Of a stretch of DNA of 64,000 nucleotides, positions 47,264 to 56,252 are shown piece by piece. The notes beneath the pieces were generated by a model. That model had not been told where the DNA came from, did no database searches, and saw only the letters and a list, made by a program, of their open reading frames with translations. The stretch comes from Acetobacteraceae bacterium (GTDB lineage Bacteria > Pseudomonadota > Alphaproteobacteria > Acetobacterales > Acetobacteraceae). The stretch is from NCBI GenBank assembly GCA_027482245.1, contig JAIXWG010000030.1, positions 7,068 through 71,067 on the forward strand, read 5' to 3'. The translations under genes were made by a program, and so were the position numbers. Every line of letters starts with the position of its first letter. Positions within the stretch are counted from its first letter, which is position 1.

Positions 47264-48484
47264 ATGCAGGACCTGATGCGCCAACTGATCCTCGACACCT
47301 TCCGTCGCGCCGCCGGCACGAAGCAACTTCGCGGCACCGTGGAGGCGCTGGCGACCGAGGTCTCGACCCTTCTCGGGACGCATGGCCCGGGCAGCGAGGT
47401 CGCGAAGCGGCGGGAGGTGATGGAGCGCCTGGTCCGGGTGGGCGACTTCCCGCTGCAGGCCTGGTGGGAACGGTCCTACTGGGAACCCGTGGTGCAGATG
47501 GCGATCCGGGACCATGTCCGGCCCGGCGACATCGCCTTCGACGTGGGATCGAATGCCGGCGCCTTCGCCATGCAGATGTCCCGCCAGGTCGGCCCGCGCG
47601 GCATCATCTGCGCCTTCGAAGCGAGCCCCCGCATCATCGGCCGCACCCAGCACAACCTGGTGCAGGCCGGCGCCAACAACGTCACGCTCTACCACCGCGC
47701 CATCTGGCACCGCAGCGGCGACTTCGTGCATATCGAGGCCGGCTCGCACCTGAACGACCGCGTGGCGGAAGGCGCGGGCGGCGTGCCGGTGCCGACGCTG
47801 GCGCTGGACGATTTCATCGCCGCCACGGGCCTCAGCCCCAGCTTCGTGAAGATGGACATCGAGGGTGCGGAACTCGACGCGCTGAAGGGCTGCCCGAAGC
47901 TGCTGGCGGAAGGCCGGCCGGTGATGGCGCTGGAACAGGCGCCCGACGACATGCGCTGCCACGCGCTGCTGCTGGCGGCCGGCTATGTCGCGGTCGATCT
48001 CTCGACCGGCAAGCGCATCCGCCAGGCCTCCGACTTCTCCTCCCCCACCGGCGTGGTGAACGTGCTCTTCGTGCCGGAGGAGAAGGCCGCCACCAACCCC
48101 TATTGCGACGAGCGGCAGGAGGTGGTGATGGCCATCCCGGGCAGCCGCTTCACCCGCGACGCGGCCGGTGGCGCGACGCTGGCGGACCCGCCGACCCTGC
48201 CGGCCGGGCGCTACGTCGTGCGCGCCGACTTCTCCGCCAGCGGCAAGCAGAACGAGGTCTATGCCGGGCTGGAAGCGGATGGGGAGGTGGTCTTCCGCTA
48301 CCACACCCACACCGCCTTCCTGGCGGAATGCTACCGCGAATGGGTGGTGCAGCTGGACCGGCCGACGAAGGTCGCCCCCTTCCTGCGCTTCCTGAACGGG
48401 TCCGATCCCACGCTCGATTGGCGCGGGGTGGAGGTGATCCGCCTGCCGGGCTTCGACGGCGTGGCCGGCCCGCTGATCTTCTGA
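47264..48484 (+). CDS. FkbM family methyltransferase with C-terminal beta-rich extension
   Basis: 'FDVGSNAG', 'AFEA', 'VKMDIEGAE..AL.G'; start may be ATG 47276. Confidence 0.88.
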   Translation: MQDLMRQLILDTFRRAAGTKQLRGTVEALATEVSTLLGTHGPGSEVAKRREVMERLVRVGDFPLQAWWERSYWEPVVQMAIRDHVRPGDIAFDVGSNAGAFAMQMSRQVGPRGIICAFEASPRIIGRTQHNLVQAGANNVTLYHRAIWHRSGDFVHIEAGSHLNDRVAEGAGGVPVPTLALDDFIAATGLSPSFVKMDIEGAELDALKGCPKLLAEGRPVMALEQAPDDMRCHALLLAAGYVAVDLSTGKRIRQASDFSSPTGVVNVLFVPEEKAATNPYCDERQEVVMAIPGSRFTRDAAGGATLADPPTLPAGRYVVRADFSASGKQNEVYAGLEADGEVVFRYHTHTAFLAECYREWVVQLDRPTKVAPFLRFLNGSDPTLDWRGVEVIRLPGFDGVAGPLIF

Positions 48485-48524
48485 CCGCCCCAAGCCGCAC
48501 CCCGACCGAGACACAGAGGCCAGC

Positions 48525-49535
48525 ATGCGCCGCATCATCCTGGACACGCTCCGGCGCGTCACCGGCACGGGACACCTGATCCGGGAGGTGGACAGCCTGA
48601 AGGCCGACATGGCCGGGCTGCGCGCCGAACTGGCCCGCGCCAATGCGACGGCGGAGGCGACGCTCGCCGCCATCAAGCAGCCGCTGCCGCAACTGCCGGG
48701 CACGCCCTACTCCACCGTGGCGATCCCGATGGAATACCCGCCATCCCGCGACATGCGGCCGCGCTGGGGGGAGACGAAGCCCCTGCTGCAGCCGATGGTG
48801 GACTGGATCCGGCCGCATGAAGCCGAGTATCGCGCCGTGCTGGCCGCGATCCGCGCCCGGGCGCCCGCCCTGTCCCGCATCGCCCTCGACTTCGACCCCG
48901 CCCGCCTGCCGGAGCCCGCCTGGCGCGGCGTGCCCGTGGCACCCTTCGACAGCGCCGCGCTCTACACCCTGGTGGGAGAGCGCAAGCCGAAGCTCTACCT
49001 GGAAATCGGGTCGGGCGTGACCACCGCCTTCGCCTGGCGGTCGGTGAAGGACCACGGCCTGTCCACCCGCATCGTCTCCATCGACCCGGAGCCGCGCGCC
49101 GCGATCGACGGCATCTGCGACGAGGTCGTGCGCGCGGGGCTCGAGACCTGCGACCTCTCGGTCTTCGACCAGCTGGAGGCAGGCGACATCCTGTTCCTGG
49201 ACGGGTCGCACCGCGTCTTCATGAACAGCGACGTCACGGTGTTCATGCTGGACGTGCTGCCGCGGGTGAAGCCGGGCGTGCTGATCCATGTGCACGACAT
49301 CCAGCTGCCCTGGGACTACCCGGACATGTTCACCAACTGGTACTGGAGCGAGGCCTACATCCTGGCCGCCTACATCATCGGCGCGGCGGACAAGCTGCGC
49401 CCGGTGCTGCCCACCGCCTGGGTCTGCCGGGACGCGGCCTTCGCCGACTGGTTCTCCATCCCGCCCGTGGACCTCGGCGCCGCCAATGATGGCTGGCGGG
49501 GCGGCGGGTCCATGTGGTTCGAGAAGCTGGCCTGA
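48525..49535 (+). CDS. Class I SAM-dependent methyltransferase (Methyltransf_24-like) with N-terminal coiled coil
   Basis: 'LEIGSG..T', 'SIDP.P', 'LF.DGSH', 'GV.IH.HDI', 'W.E.Y'. Confidence 0.87.
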   Translation: MRRIILDTLRRVTGTGHLIREVDSLKADMAGLRAELARANATAEATLAAIKQPLPQLPGTPYSTVAIPMEYPPSRDMRPRWGETKPLLQPMVDWIRPHEAEYRAVLAAIRARAPALSRIALDFDPARLPEPAWRGVPVAPFDSAALYTLVGERKPKLYLEIGSGVTTAFAWRSVKDHGLSTRIVSIDPEPRAAIDGICDEVVRAGLETCDLSVFDQLEAGDILFLDGSHRVFMNSDVTVFMLDVLPRVKPGVLIHVHDIQLPWDYPDMFTNWYWSEAYILAAYIIGAADKLRPVLPTAWVCRDAAFADWFSIPPVDLGAANDGWRGGGSMWFEKLA

Positions 49536-49599
49536 CCAGAGCAGGCTGCGTTCACCTGAACGCCTATCGCTCCAGGCTGGCAGCTGGCGGAACCCCGAC

Positions 49600-49615
49600 T
49601 TAACCGGGGTTTCAC
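49600..49615 (+). promoter_or_regulatory. CtrA-like box TTAA-N7-TTCAC upstream of the repeat-protein gene
   Basis: One mismatch to TTAA-N7-TTAAC; 55-70 nt before ATG 49670. Confidence 0.4.
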
Positions 49616-49669
49616 CGCGCTGCGGTAGGGGTGGTCCAGGACCCAACAGGGGTCATGGAGCCCCCTTGG

Positions 49670-52552
49670 ATGTCGCAGACGCTTTCGGGCGACAACGTCA
49701 CCGACAGCATCTTCACCTGGACCTTCACGGCCAACTCCGGCGACAGCTGGGGGGGCACGCTGGTCGATGACAGCTCGCGCTATGTCGTCGGCTCCATCCT
49801 GAACACGGCCGCCGGCCGCTACACCATCGTCGCCGCCGCGCCACAGGGCGTGGACCTGTCCCCCTTCGGGATGGATGAGGGCTGGACCGCCGTCGCCTGG
49901 TACCGCGACAGCACCGGCGTCTTCATGGTGACGCGCAACGGCTCCAGCGCCGCATCGGGCCGCGCGGGCCTGGGATCGGAAAGCGACGCCGCCTGGAACG
50001 GGCAAGCCTGGGACAGCTTCGGCCAGGGCGGCGCCGACCAGGCCGATCCGGGGGATTTGCCGGACAGCCTCTTCACCTGGACCTTCACCGCCGATACCGG
50101 CGACGTCATGCAGGGCACCCTGCTGGCCGATACGCGGGACTGGAAGCCGGGCGACACGCTGCGCACCGCCTTCGGCACCTACCGCATCGACACCGAGACC
50201 GCCTATGGCCGCGACCTCGGCAGTGCGGGGCTCGAGGGTACGATCACCATCCTCAGCTACACCGATTTCTTCGCCGAGGTCGAATTCGCGCTGGAGACGG
50301 GCTCCTCCGGCCCCGCGGGCTATGGCGGCTTCGGCAGCGAATGGGATCGCGCCTGGACAGGCTCGGCCTGGGTGCCGGTGGGCCAGGGGGGCGCGCTGCA
50401 GGCGGACCGGATGCCGGACCGCGTCTTCAGCTGGCGCTTCACCGCCAACAAGGGCGACTGGTACGAGGGATCCTTCGTCGGCCACAGCACCGCCTTCGCG
50501 GTGGGCGACCGGATCGACACGGCCAATGGCCGCTACCAGATCCAGCAGGAAAGCACCTATGCGGGCCCCGCCAGCACCCAGGGGCTGGTCTGGGTGTTCC
50601 GCTATTACGATGCCTCGGTGAACGAGACGCTGCGGACCTACCAGTTCAACGTCGCCGGCACCGCCAGCGGCACGCGGGGGCTGGGCAGCGAATACGACTA
50701 CGCCTGGAATGGCAGGGAATGGGATGATTTCGGCGTCGGCGGCATCCACCTGGCCAGCGTCGAGCGCAACAACCTGTTCGGCTGGACCTTCACCGCCAAT
50801 GGCGGCGACCGCTACACCGGCTGGCTGATCGCCTCCGACGAGGCCTATGCGGTGGGCGACACGGTCGCGGGCGCCCAGGGCAGCTACCGCATCACCTATG
50901 AAGGCGGCTGGGGCGGCATCGCCGGCGCGGGCACGGTCTACACCACCAACTACTTCGATGCGGGGTCGGGCCGCAGCTTCGACACCTATTGGTGGAGCGT
51001 CGCCGGATCACAGCCCAGCGGCCGCGGCGGCCTCGGCAGCGAATACGACTATGTCTGGAACGGCAGCGAATGGGATGATTTCGGGGTAGGGGGCGTCCAC
51101 CAGGCCAACTACACCATCAACACCCTGCACGCCTTCACCTTCACCGCCTCCGGCGGCGACCGCTACACGGGCTGGCTGGTGGAGGACAGCGCGCGCTACG
51201 CGGTGGGCGACACCATCGCCACCTCGGCCGGCAGCTATCGCATCACCTATGAGGGTGACTGGGGCGGTACGCAGGGCCGCGGCGCCATCTGGACCGACAG
51301 CTACTACGATGCCGGGTCGGGGCGCACCTTCTCCACCTATTCCTGGACCGTGGCCGGCGCGCAGCCCAGCGGCCGCGGCGGCTTCGGCAGCGAGTACGAC
51401 TATGTCTGGAACGGCAGCGAATGGGATGATTTCGGGGTGGGGGGCGTCCACCAGGCCACCTACACCATCAACACCCTGCACGCCTTCACCTTCACCGCCA
51501 CCAGCGGCGACCGCTACACGGGCTGGCTGGTGGAAGACAGCACGCGCTACGCGGTGGGCGACACCATCGCCACCAGCCAGGGCAGCTACCGCATCACCTA
51601 TGAAGGCGCCTGGGGCGGCACGCAGGGCCGCGGCACCATCTGGACCGACAGCTACTACGACGCGCAGGCCAACCGGTCCTTCGGCACCTATTCCTGGAAC
51701 GTCGCCGGCGCGCAGCCCAGCGGGCGCGGCGGGCTCGGGAGCGAATACGACTACATCTGGGACGGCGACGAATGGGATGATTTCGGGGTGGGGGGCATCC
51801 ACCAGGCCAATGTCACGGTCAACACGCTGTTCGGCTGGACCTTCACCGCCAACAGCGGCGACCGCTACACGGGATGGCTGATCCAGGACGACACCCGCTA
51901 CGCCGTCGGCGACACCATCGCCACCAGCCAGGGCAGCTACCGCATCACCTATGAAGGCGCCTGGGGCGGCAGCGCGGGCAAGAACACGATCTGGACCACC
52001 AGCTACTTCGACGCCGCCAGCAACCGCACCTTCGACACCTACTGGTGGAGTGTCGCCGGCGCGCAGCCCAGCGGCCGCGGCGGCTTCGGCAGCGAATACG
52101 ACTATGTCTGGAACAACGGCGCCTGGGATGATTTCGGCGTCGGCGGCGTCCACCAGGTGAAGGTGGAGATGCGCGTGATGGTCAGCTGGATCTTCCGCGC
52201 CAACAGCGGCGACGCCTATACCGGCCTGCTGCTGGAGGATGCCGACACCTACGCCCCCGGCAACACCATCGTGCGCGCCAACGGCACCTACACCATCCAG
52301 TCGGAGACGCCGACGACGCGCACGGACTACGCGCTCGGCACCGTCTGGACCGCGGCCTATTTCGATGCCGGGTCCAGCCAGTGGCTGGATACCTACTACT
52401 ACGGCCGCTTCAACGGCCTGCCGAGCGGCCGGGGCGGGCTCGGCAGCGAATACGACTTCGTCTGGAACGGCGTCACCTGGGACGACTTCGGCGTGGCCGG
52501 CGTCCACCAGGCGGATGTGGTCCGGGCCGCCAATGGCGAATTGCTCGGCTGA
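49670..52552 (+). CDS. Large (960 aa) Gly/Thr/Trp/Tyr/Asp-rich protein composed of eight ~117-aa repeats; family not recognised
   Basis: GGAG RBS 9 nt before ATG; strong GC3 codon bias; no Cys, very few Lys, no Sec signal. Confidence 0.88.
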   Translation: MSQTLSGDNVTDSIFTWTFTANSGDSWGGTLVDDSSRYVVGSILNTAAGRYTIVAAAPQGVDLSPFGMDEGWTAVAWYRDSTGVFMVTRNGSSAASGRAGLGSESDAAWNGQAWDSFGQGGADQADPGDLPDSLFTWTFTADTGDVMQGTLLADTRDWKPGDTLRTAFGTYRIDTETAYGRDLGSAGLEGTITILSYTDFFAEVEFALETGSSGPAGYGGFGSEWDRAWTGSAWVPVGQGGALQADRMPDRVFSWRFTANKGDWYEGSFVGHSTAFAVGDRIDTANGRYQIQQESTYAGPASTQGLVWVFRYYDASVNETLRTYQFNVAGTASGTRGLGSEYDYAWNGREWDDFGVGGIHLASVERNNLFGWTFTANGGDRYTGWLIASDEAYAVGDTVAGAQGSYRITYEGGWGGIAGAGTVYTTNYFDAGSGRSFDTYWWSVAGSQPSGRGGLGSEYDYVWNGSEWDDFGVGGVHQANYTINTLHAFTFTASGGDRYTGWLVEDSARYAVGDTIATSAGSYRITYEGDWGGTQGRGAIWTDSYYDAGSGRTFSTYSWTVAGAQPSGRGGFGSEYDYVWNGSEWDDFGVGGVHQATYTINTLHAFTFTATSGDRYTGWLVEDSTRYAVGDTIATSQGSYRITYEGAWGGTQGRGTIWTDSYYDAQANRSFGTYSWNVAGAQPSGRGGLGSEYDYIWDGDEWDDFGVGGIHQANVTVNTLFGWTFTANSGDRYTGWLIQDDTRYAVGDTIATSQGSYRITYEGAWGGSAGKNTIWTTSYFDAASNRTFDTYWWSVAGAQPSGRGGFGSEYDYVWNNGAWDDFGVGGVHQVKVEMRVMVSWIFRANSGDAYTGLLLEDADTYAPGNTIVRANGTYTIQSETPTTRTDYALGTVWTAAYFDAGSSQWLDTYYYGRFNGLPSGRGGLGSEYDFVWNGVTWDDFGVAGVHQADVVRAANGELLG
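49703..52516 (+). repeat. Eight tandem ~351-nt repeats
   Basis: CACCCTGCAC at 51121 and 51472 (351-nt period); each unit starts with an 'F.[WF]TFTA..GD' variant and ends 'G..G[LF]GSE.D..W.G..W...G.GG'. Confidence 0.92.
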
Positions 52553-52719
52553 CCCGCGCCGCTTGCCCGGCCGCGCCGCTTGGGTCAGAAGGACGGCGCA
52601 GGCACCATCGCGGCACGCGGCCTCGCGTGATCGGATTTCGTGCCGTGGAAACAAAAGCTTCCGGGGCATGAGGCCCGTCCAGCCGGGCGGATCATGCCCC
52701 TGGCGTGGAAAGGCGGGGC

Positions 52720-52935
52720 ATGATCAAGGCGCTGCGTATCGTGTTCTTCCTCGGCATGACCTTCTTCGGGCTGCTGATGCTGGGCGCGTCCTTCTGGCGG
52801 GCGCTGTTCGGCACCCTGGCCCTGGCGGCGCTGCGCGCCACGCCGGCGCCGGCCGCCGTCGTCTACGGGATCGGCGCGGTCGTCTTCGCGCTCGGCATCC
52901 TCGAATGGAGCACCGGCGCCATCATCGCGCGCTGA
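52720..52935 (+). CDS. Small hypothetical membrane protein (2-3 TM)
   Basis: 71 aa, hydrophobic, typical codon bias. Confidence 0.65.
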   Translation: MIKALRIVFFLGMTFFGLLMLGASFWRALFGTLALAALRATPAPAAVVYGIGAVVFALGILEWSTGAIIAR

Positions 52936-54010
52936 GCACGGGGCGCAGCCCCGCCAGCAGGCGGTCCACCTCCGTCCGCCAGTCCGGCCCGCCGGCCTGG
53001 CGCGCTTCCTGGCCCAGGCGCTGCCGCGCGCCGGGTTGGGCCAGGCGCTCCAGCGCTTCGGCGAAGGCCTCCGCCGAGATCGCAGCGGCCAGCAGGCCGC
53101 CCTGCCCTTCCCGCACCTGTTCGGCCAGGCCGCCCACCGGCGTCGCCACCACGGGAATGCCCATGGCCAGCGCCTGCGGCGCCACGCCGGATTGGCTGGC
53201 CTCCCGGTAGGGCAGCACCACGGCATCCGCCTCCGCCAGCAGGGGGCCGATCGCATCCTCCGCCACCCAGCGCGGCTCGATGGTGACGCCGGGGATGGCC
53301 GAGAGGCCGGGGGCCAGGCCCTCCGCATCCCCCTCACCCACCACCCGCAGCGTGGCGGCGGGGTGCGCGGCGCGGAACAGGCGGAAGGCGTCCCGCAGCA
53401 GGTCGAGCCCCTTATAGGCGCGGAAGCGGCCGAAGAAGAGCAGGCGCAGCCCCGCGCCCGGCTGGCGTTCGCCGGGCGCCGGGCGCTGCACCAGGGCGGG
53501 CAGCGCCATGCGGATCACCGGCAGGGCCGGTGCCTCCCGCGCCAGGGTGGCGGCGACGGCGTCGGACAGCACGACGGCGGCGCGCGCGGCGCCGAGTTCC
53601 CGCCGCAGGCGCCAGCCCCAGGCGAAGGCGGGGTCGCCGGGATGGGGTGCGGCATCGTGCACCACCGGCACGAAGGGGATGCCCGCGCGCGCCAGGGCGG
53701 GCGCCACCAGCGGCGTCCAGGTATGGGTCATGCCGGACAGCACCACATCCGCACCCCGCGCCTGGTCCACCAGGCGCCGCGCCAGGGCCGGCACGCGCAG
53801 CAGGCCGGTGGCGAATCCGCGGAGGTCGCGATAGGTCTTGACCATGTCGATCGGCGCGCCCACGGCGCGGAACCCATCCACCAACTCGCCCTGCGCGGAG
53901 ACGGAGAGGCTGAGCCCGATGCCGGGCCGGCCGGCCAGTTCGCGGGCAAGGCCGAGGGAGAACTGGGCGCCGCCGCCGCGCCGCCCCCAATACCACAGCA
54001 GGATCCGCAT
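52922..54010 (-). CDS. Glycosyltransferase family 4
   Basis: 'VHD..PH.G', 'LFFGRFRAYKGL', 'VLPYREASQSGV', 'PVVATPVGGL'. Confidence 0.92.
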   Translation of the reverse strand: MRILLWYWGRRGGGAQFSLGLARELAGRPGIGLSLSVSAQGELVDGFRAVGAPIDMVKTYRDLRGFATGLLRVPALARRLVDQARGADVVLSGMTHTWTPLVAPALARAGIPFVPVVHDAAPHPGDPAFAWGWRLRRELGAARAAVVLSDAVAATLAREAPALPVIRMALPALVQRPAPGERQPGAGLRLLFFGRFRAYKGLDLLRDAFRLFRAAHPAATLRVVGEGDAEGLAPGLSAIPGVTIEPRWVAEDAIGPLLAEADAVVLPYREASQSGVAPQALAMGIPVVATPVGGLAEQVREGQGGLLAAAISAEAFAEALERLAQPGARQRLGQEARQAGGPDWRTEVDRLLAGLRPVLSAR

Positions 54011-54153
54011 GCCCTGCCCTACCACCCGGCCGGACGGCGGGGAAGCAGGTCCATCAGAAGCCCCGCAGCGCTTCGGGTGGGCGTGAGGCCGCCCCACCAA
54101 AAGGTGTATCGCAACCGTGATGGTACCATCATTGGTTGCATTCATCAGAGATG

Positions 54154-54168
54154 TTAACACATCGTTCA
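54154..54168 (+). promoter_or_regulatory. CtrA-like box TTAA-N7-TTCA in the AT-rich divergent promoter region
   Basis: TTAA-cacatcg-TTCA between the GT4 and aminopeptidase genes. Confidence 0.3.
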
Positions 54169-54223
54169 GAGACCATCGTGGAATCTGGACTGTCCCGGCG
54201 GGAAGACCGCCCACGGAGTCGCG

Positions 54224-55609
54224 ATGCTGGATTGTTTGACCACGGGCGCTGCAACGGCCCTGCCGCTGCACTTGGTGACCAGGGCGGGCCTGGATGGGCT
54301 GCTGGAGCGCCTGCCGCCCGCCCAGGCCGCCTTCCTGCGCGCCAGCGGCTTCACCGCCCGGGCGCAGGAGGTCCGGCTGCTGCCCGGCGGCGCGGGGATC
54401 GAGGGTGCGGTCGCGGGCCTGGGGGAGGATGCCGCATCACCCTGGGCCTATGGCGCCCTGCCGATGGCGCTGCCGGAGGGCACGGAATGGCGGCTGGAGG
54501 GTGAGGCGGAGGCCGGCCCCGCGGTGCTGGGCTGGTGCCTCGGCGCCTATCGCTACACCCGCTTCAAGGCGCCAAGCCGCCAGCCGGCCCGACTGGTGCC
54601 GCCCACGGGCACGGAGACCGCGCAGGCCGAGGCCCGGGCCATCTGCCGGGGGCGGGACCTGATCAACACGCCGGCCGGGCATCTGGGGCCGGAGGAACTC
54701 GCCAATGCGGTCCGCGACCTCGGCGCCGAGCACGGCGCGGATGTCGAGGTGATCGAGGGCGCGGCCCTGGCGGAGGGCTTTCCCGCCGTCGCCGTCGTGG
54801 GCCAGGGCAGCCCGCGCTCGCCACGCGTGGCGGTGCTGCGCTGGCAGGGGCCAGGTGCGGGCCCGGATGCGCCGCTGGTCGCGCTCTGCGGCAAGGGCGT
54901 CTGCTTCGACACGGGCGGGCTCGACCTGAAGCCCGCCGCGGCCATGCTGCGGATGAAGAAGGACATGGGCGGCGCCGCCACCATGATCGCGCTGGCGGAG
55001 ATGCTGATGGCATCGGGCGCGCCGATCCGCCTGCTGCTGCTGGTGGGCGCGGTGGAGAATGCGGTCTCCGGCACCGCCTTCCGGCCGATGGACGTCATCG
55101 CGACGCGCAAGGGCCTGACGGTCGAGATCGGCAACACCGACGCGGAAGGTCGCCTCGTGCTGTGCGACCTGCTGGCTTTCGCGGCCGAACAGTCGCCCGC
55201 GCTGGTGTTGGACGCGGCAACCCTGACGGGCGCGGCGCGCGTCGCACTCGGCCCTGACCTGCCGGCTTTGTTCTCCGACGACGCCGAGGTTGCGAAAACC
55301 ATTCTCCGTTGCGGCCTGGACGTGCAGGATCCTCTCTGGCAATTGCCATTACACAGAAGTTACGTTTCTTGGCTGGACAGCAACGTCGCCGATCTCAACA
55401 ACGTCTCCACGAAGCCGATGGCTGGCGCCGTAGTGGCAGCCCTGTTCCTTCGCCGCTTCGTGCCGGACGACCTGCCATGGGCCCATGTGGACCTCTACGC
55501 CTGGAGCGACCAGACACGACCCGGACGCCCTGAGGGCGGGGACATCCAGGCCGCGCGCGCCCTGTCACGCGCCGTGACCGCCCTGCTTCTTCACCGTGAC
55601 AACCCTTGA
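54224..55609 (+). CDS. Leucyl aminopeptidase family protein (M17, PepB-like)
   Basis: 'GKGVCFDTGG', 'MKKDMGG', 'NTDAEGRL', 'ATLTGA'. Confidence 0.93.
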   Translation: MLDCLTTGAATALPLHLVTRAGLDGLLERLPPAQAAFLRASGFTARAQEVRLLPGGAGIEGAVAGLGEDAASPWAYGALPMALPEGTEWRLEGEAEAGPAVLGWCLGAYRYTRFKAPSRQPARLVPPTGTETAQAEARAICRGRDLINTPAGHLGPEELANAVRDLGAEHGADVEVIEGAALAEGFPAVAVVGQGSPRSPRVAVLRWQGPGAGPDAPLVALCGKGVCFDTGGLDLKPAAAMLRMKKDMGGAATMIALAEMLMASGAPIRLLLLVGAVENAVSGTAFRPMDVIATRKGLTVEIGNTDAEGRLVLCDLLAFAAEQSPALVLDAATLTGAARVALGPDLPALFSDDAEVAKTILRCGLDVQDPLWQLPLHRSYVSWLDSNVADLNNVSTKPMAGAVVAALFLRRFVPDDLPWAHVDLYAWSDQTRPGRPEGGDIQAARALSRAVTALLLHRDNP

Positions 55610-55787
55610 CGGTAACGAAATCGAGATGAAACGGGAACTTTCTGCCTCAAAACGCTCTCAGAAGAGCATACAGCGGCAGCACCTTTCACAGAGCGATTCA
55701 TCGGAAGGGCGCGCCAAGGGCCGCCAGAGCGCCGCGTCCAAGGCGGCGCCGGGCAGCCGGAAGCGCGCCGAGGAAGGATTTGAGACC

Positions 55788-56189
55788 ATGGCAACCCAGT
55801 CATCCCCTGACCAACTCGTCGGCATTCTCCGCGATACCGTCGTGGCCCTTGTCCGCCGCGATGGCCCCGATCTCTCCGCCCGGCAACTCGGCGTGTTCCT
55901 GACGGTCTACCTGACCGACGGTCCGCACACCGTTCGTGGCCTGGCGGCGGAACTCAACGTCTCCAAACCCGCCATCACGCGGGCGCTCGACCGTCTGGGC
56001 GAACTCGACCTCGCGCGTCGCAAGGTGGACCCGATGGACCGGCGCAGCGTGCTGGTGCAGCGCACGCTGAAGGGCGCGTCCTTCCTGCGCGACATGCGCA
56101 GCATCATGGCGCAGGCCGAGCAGACGGCCCGCGAAAGCGTGCCGGCCGCGACCGAGGCCACCGGCACCGAAGCCCGCCGCGCCGGCTGA
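55788..56189 (+). CDS. MarR family transcriptional regulator
   Basis: 'DLSARQ', 'TVRGLAAELNVSKPAITRALDRL', 'D..DRRSV'; AAGGA RBS. Confidence 0.9.
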   Translation: MATQSSPDQLVGILRDTVVALVRRDGPDLSARQLGVFLTVYLTDGPHTVRGLAAELNVSKPAITRALDRLGELDLARRKVDPMDRRSVLVQRTLKGASFLRDMRSIMAQAEQTARESVPAATEATGTEARRAG

Positions 56190-56191
56190 AG

Positions 56192-56243
56192 GCCCGCGTG
56201 CCGCCCCCCCTGCACCGTCATGGGGCCGGGGCGGCGCACGGGC
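56192..56243. terminator. GC-rich hairpin between convergent genes
   Basis: GCCCGCGTGCCGCCCC...GGGGCGGCGCACGGGC imperfect 16-bp stem; no U-tract. Confidence 0.4.
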
Positions 56244-56252
56244 TGGCCGGCC

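Noticed and set aside
50760-52170. Near-identical 351-nt units as a diversity-generating retroelement TR/VR pair or assembly artefact
   Set aside because: Differences are not adenine-specific, no reverse transcriptase is present, and each unit has distinct substitutions.
25035-54010. Glycan locus as a recently acquired mobile island
   Set aside because: No integrase, transposase, tRNA or flanking direct repeats; GC and codon bias look host-like.
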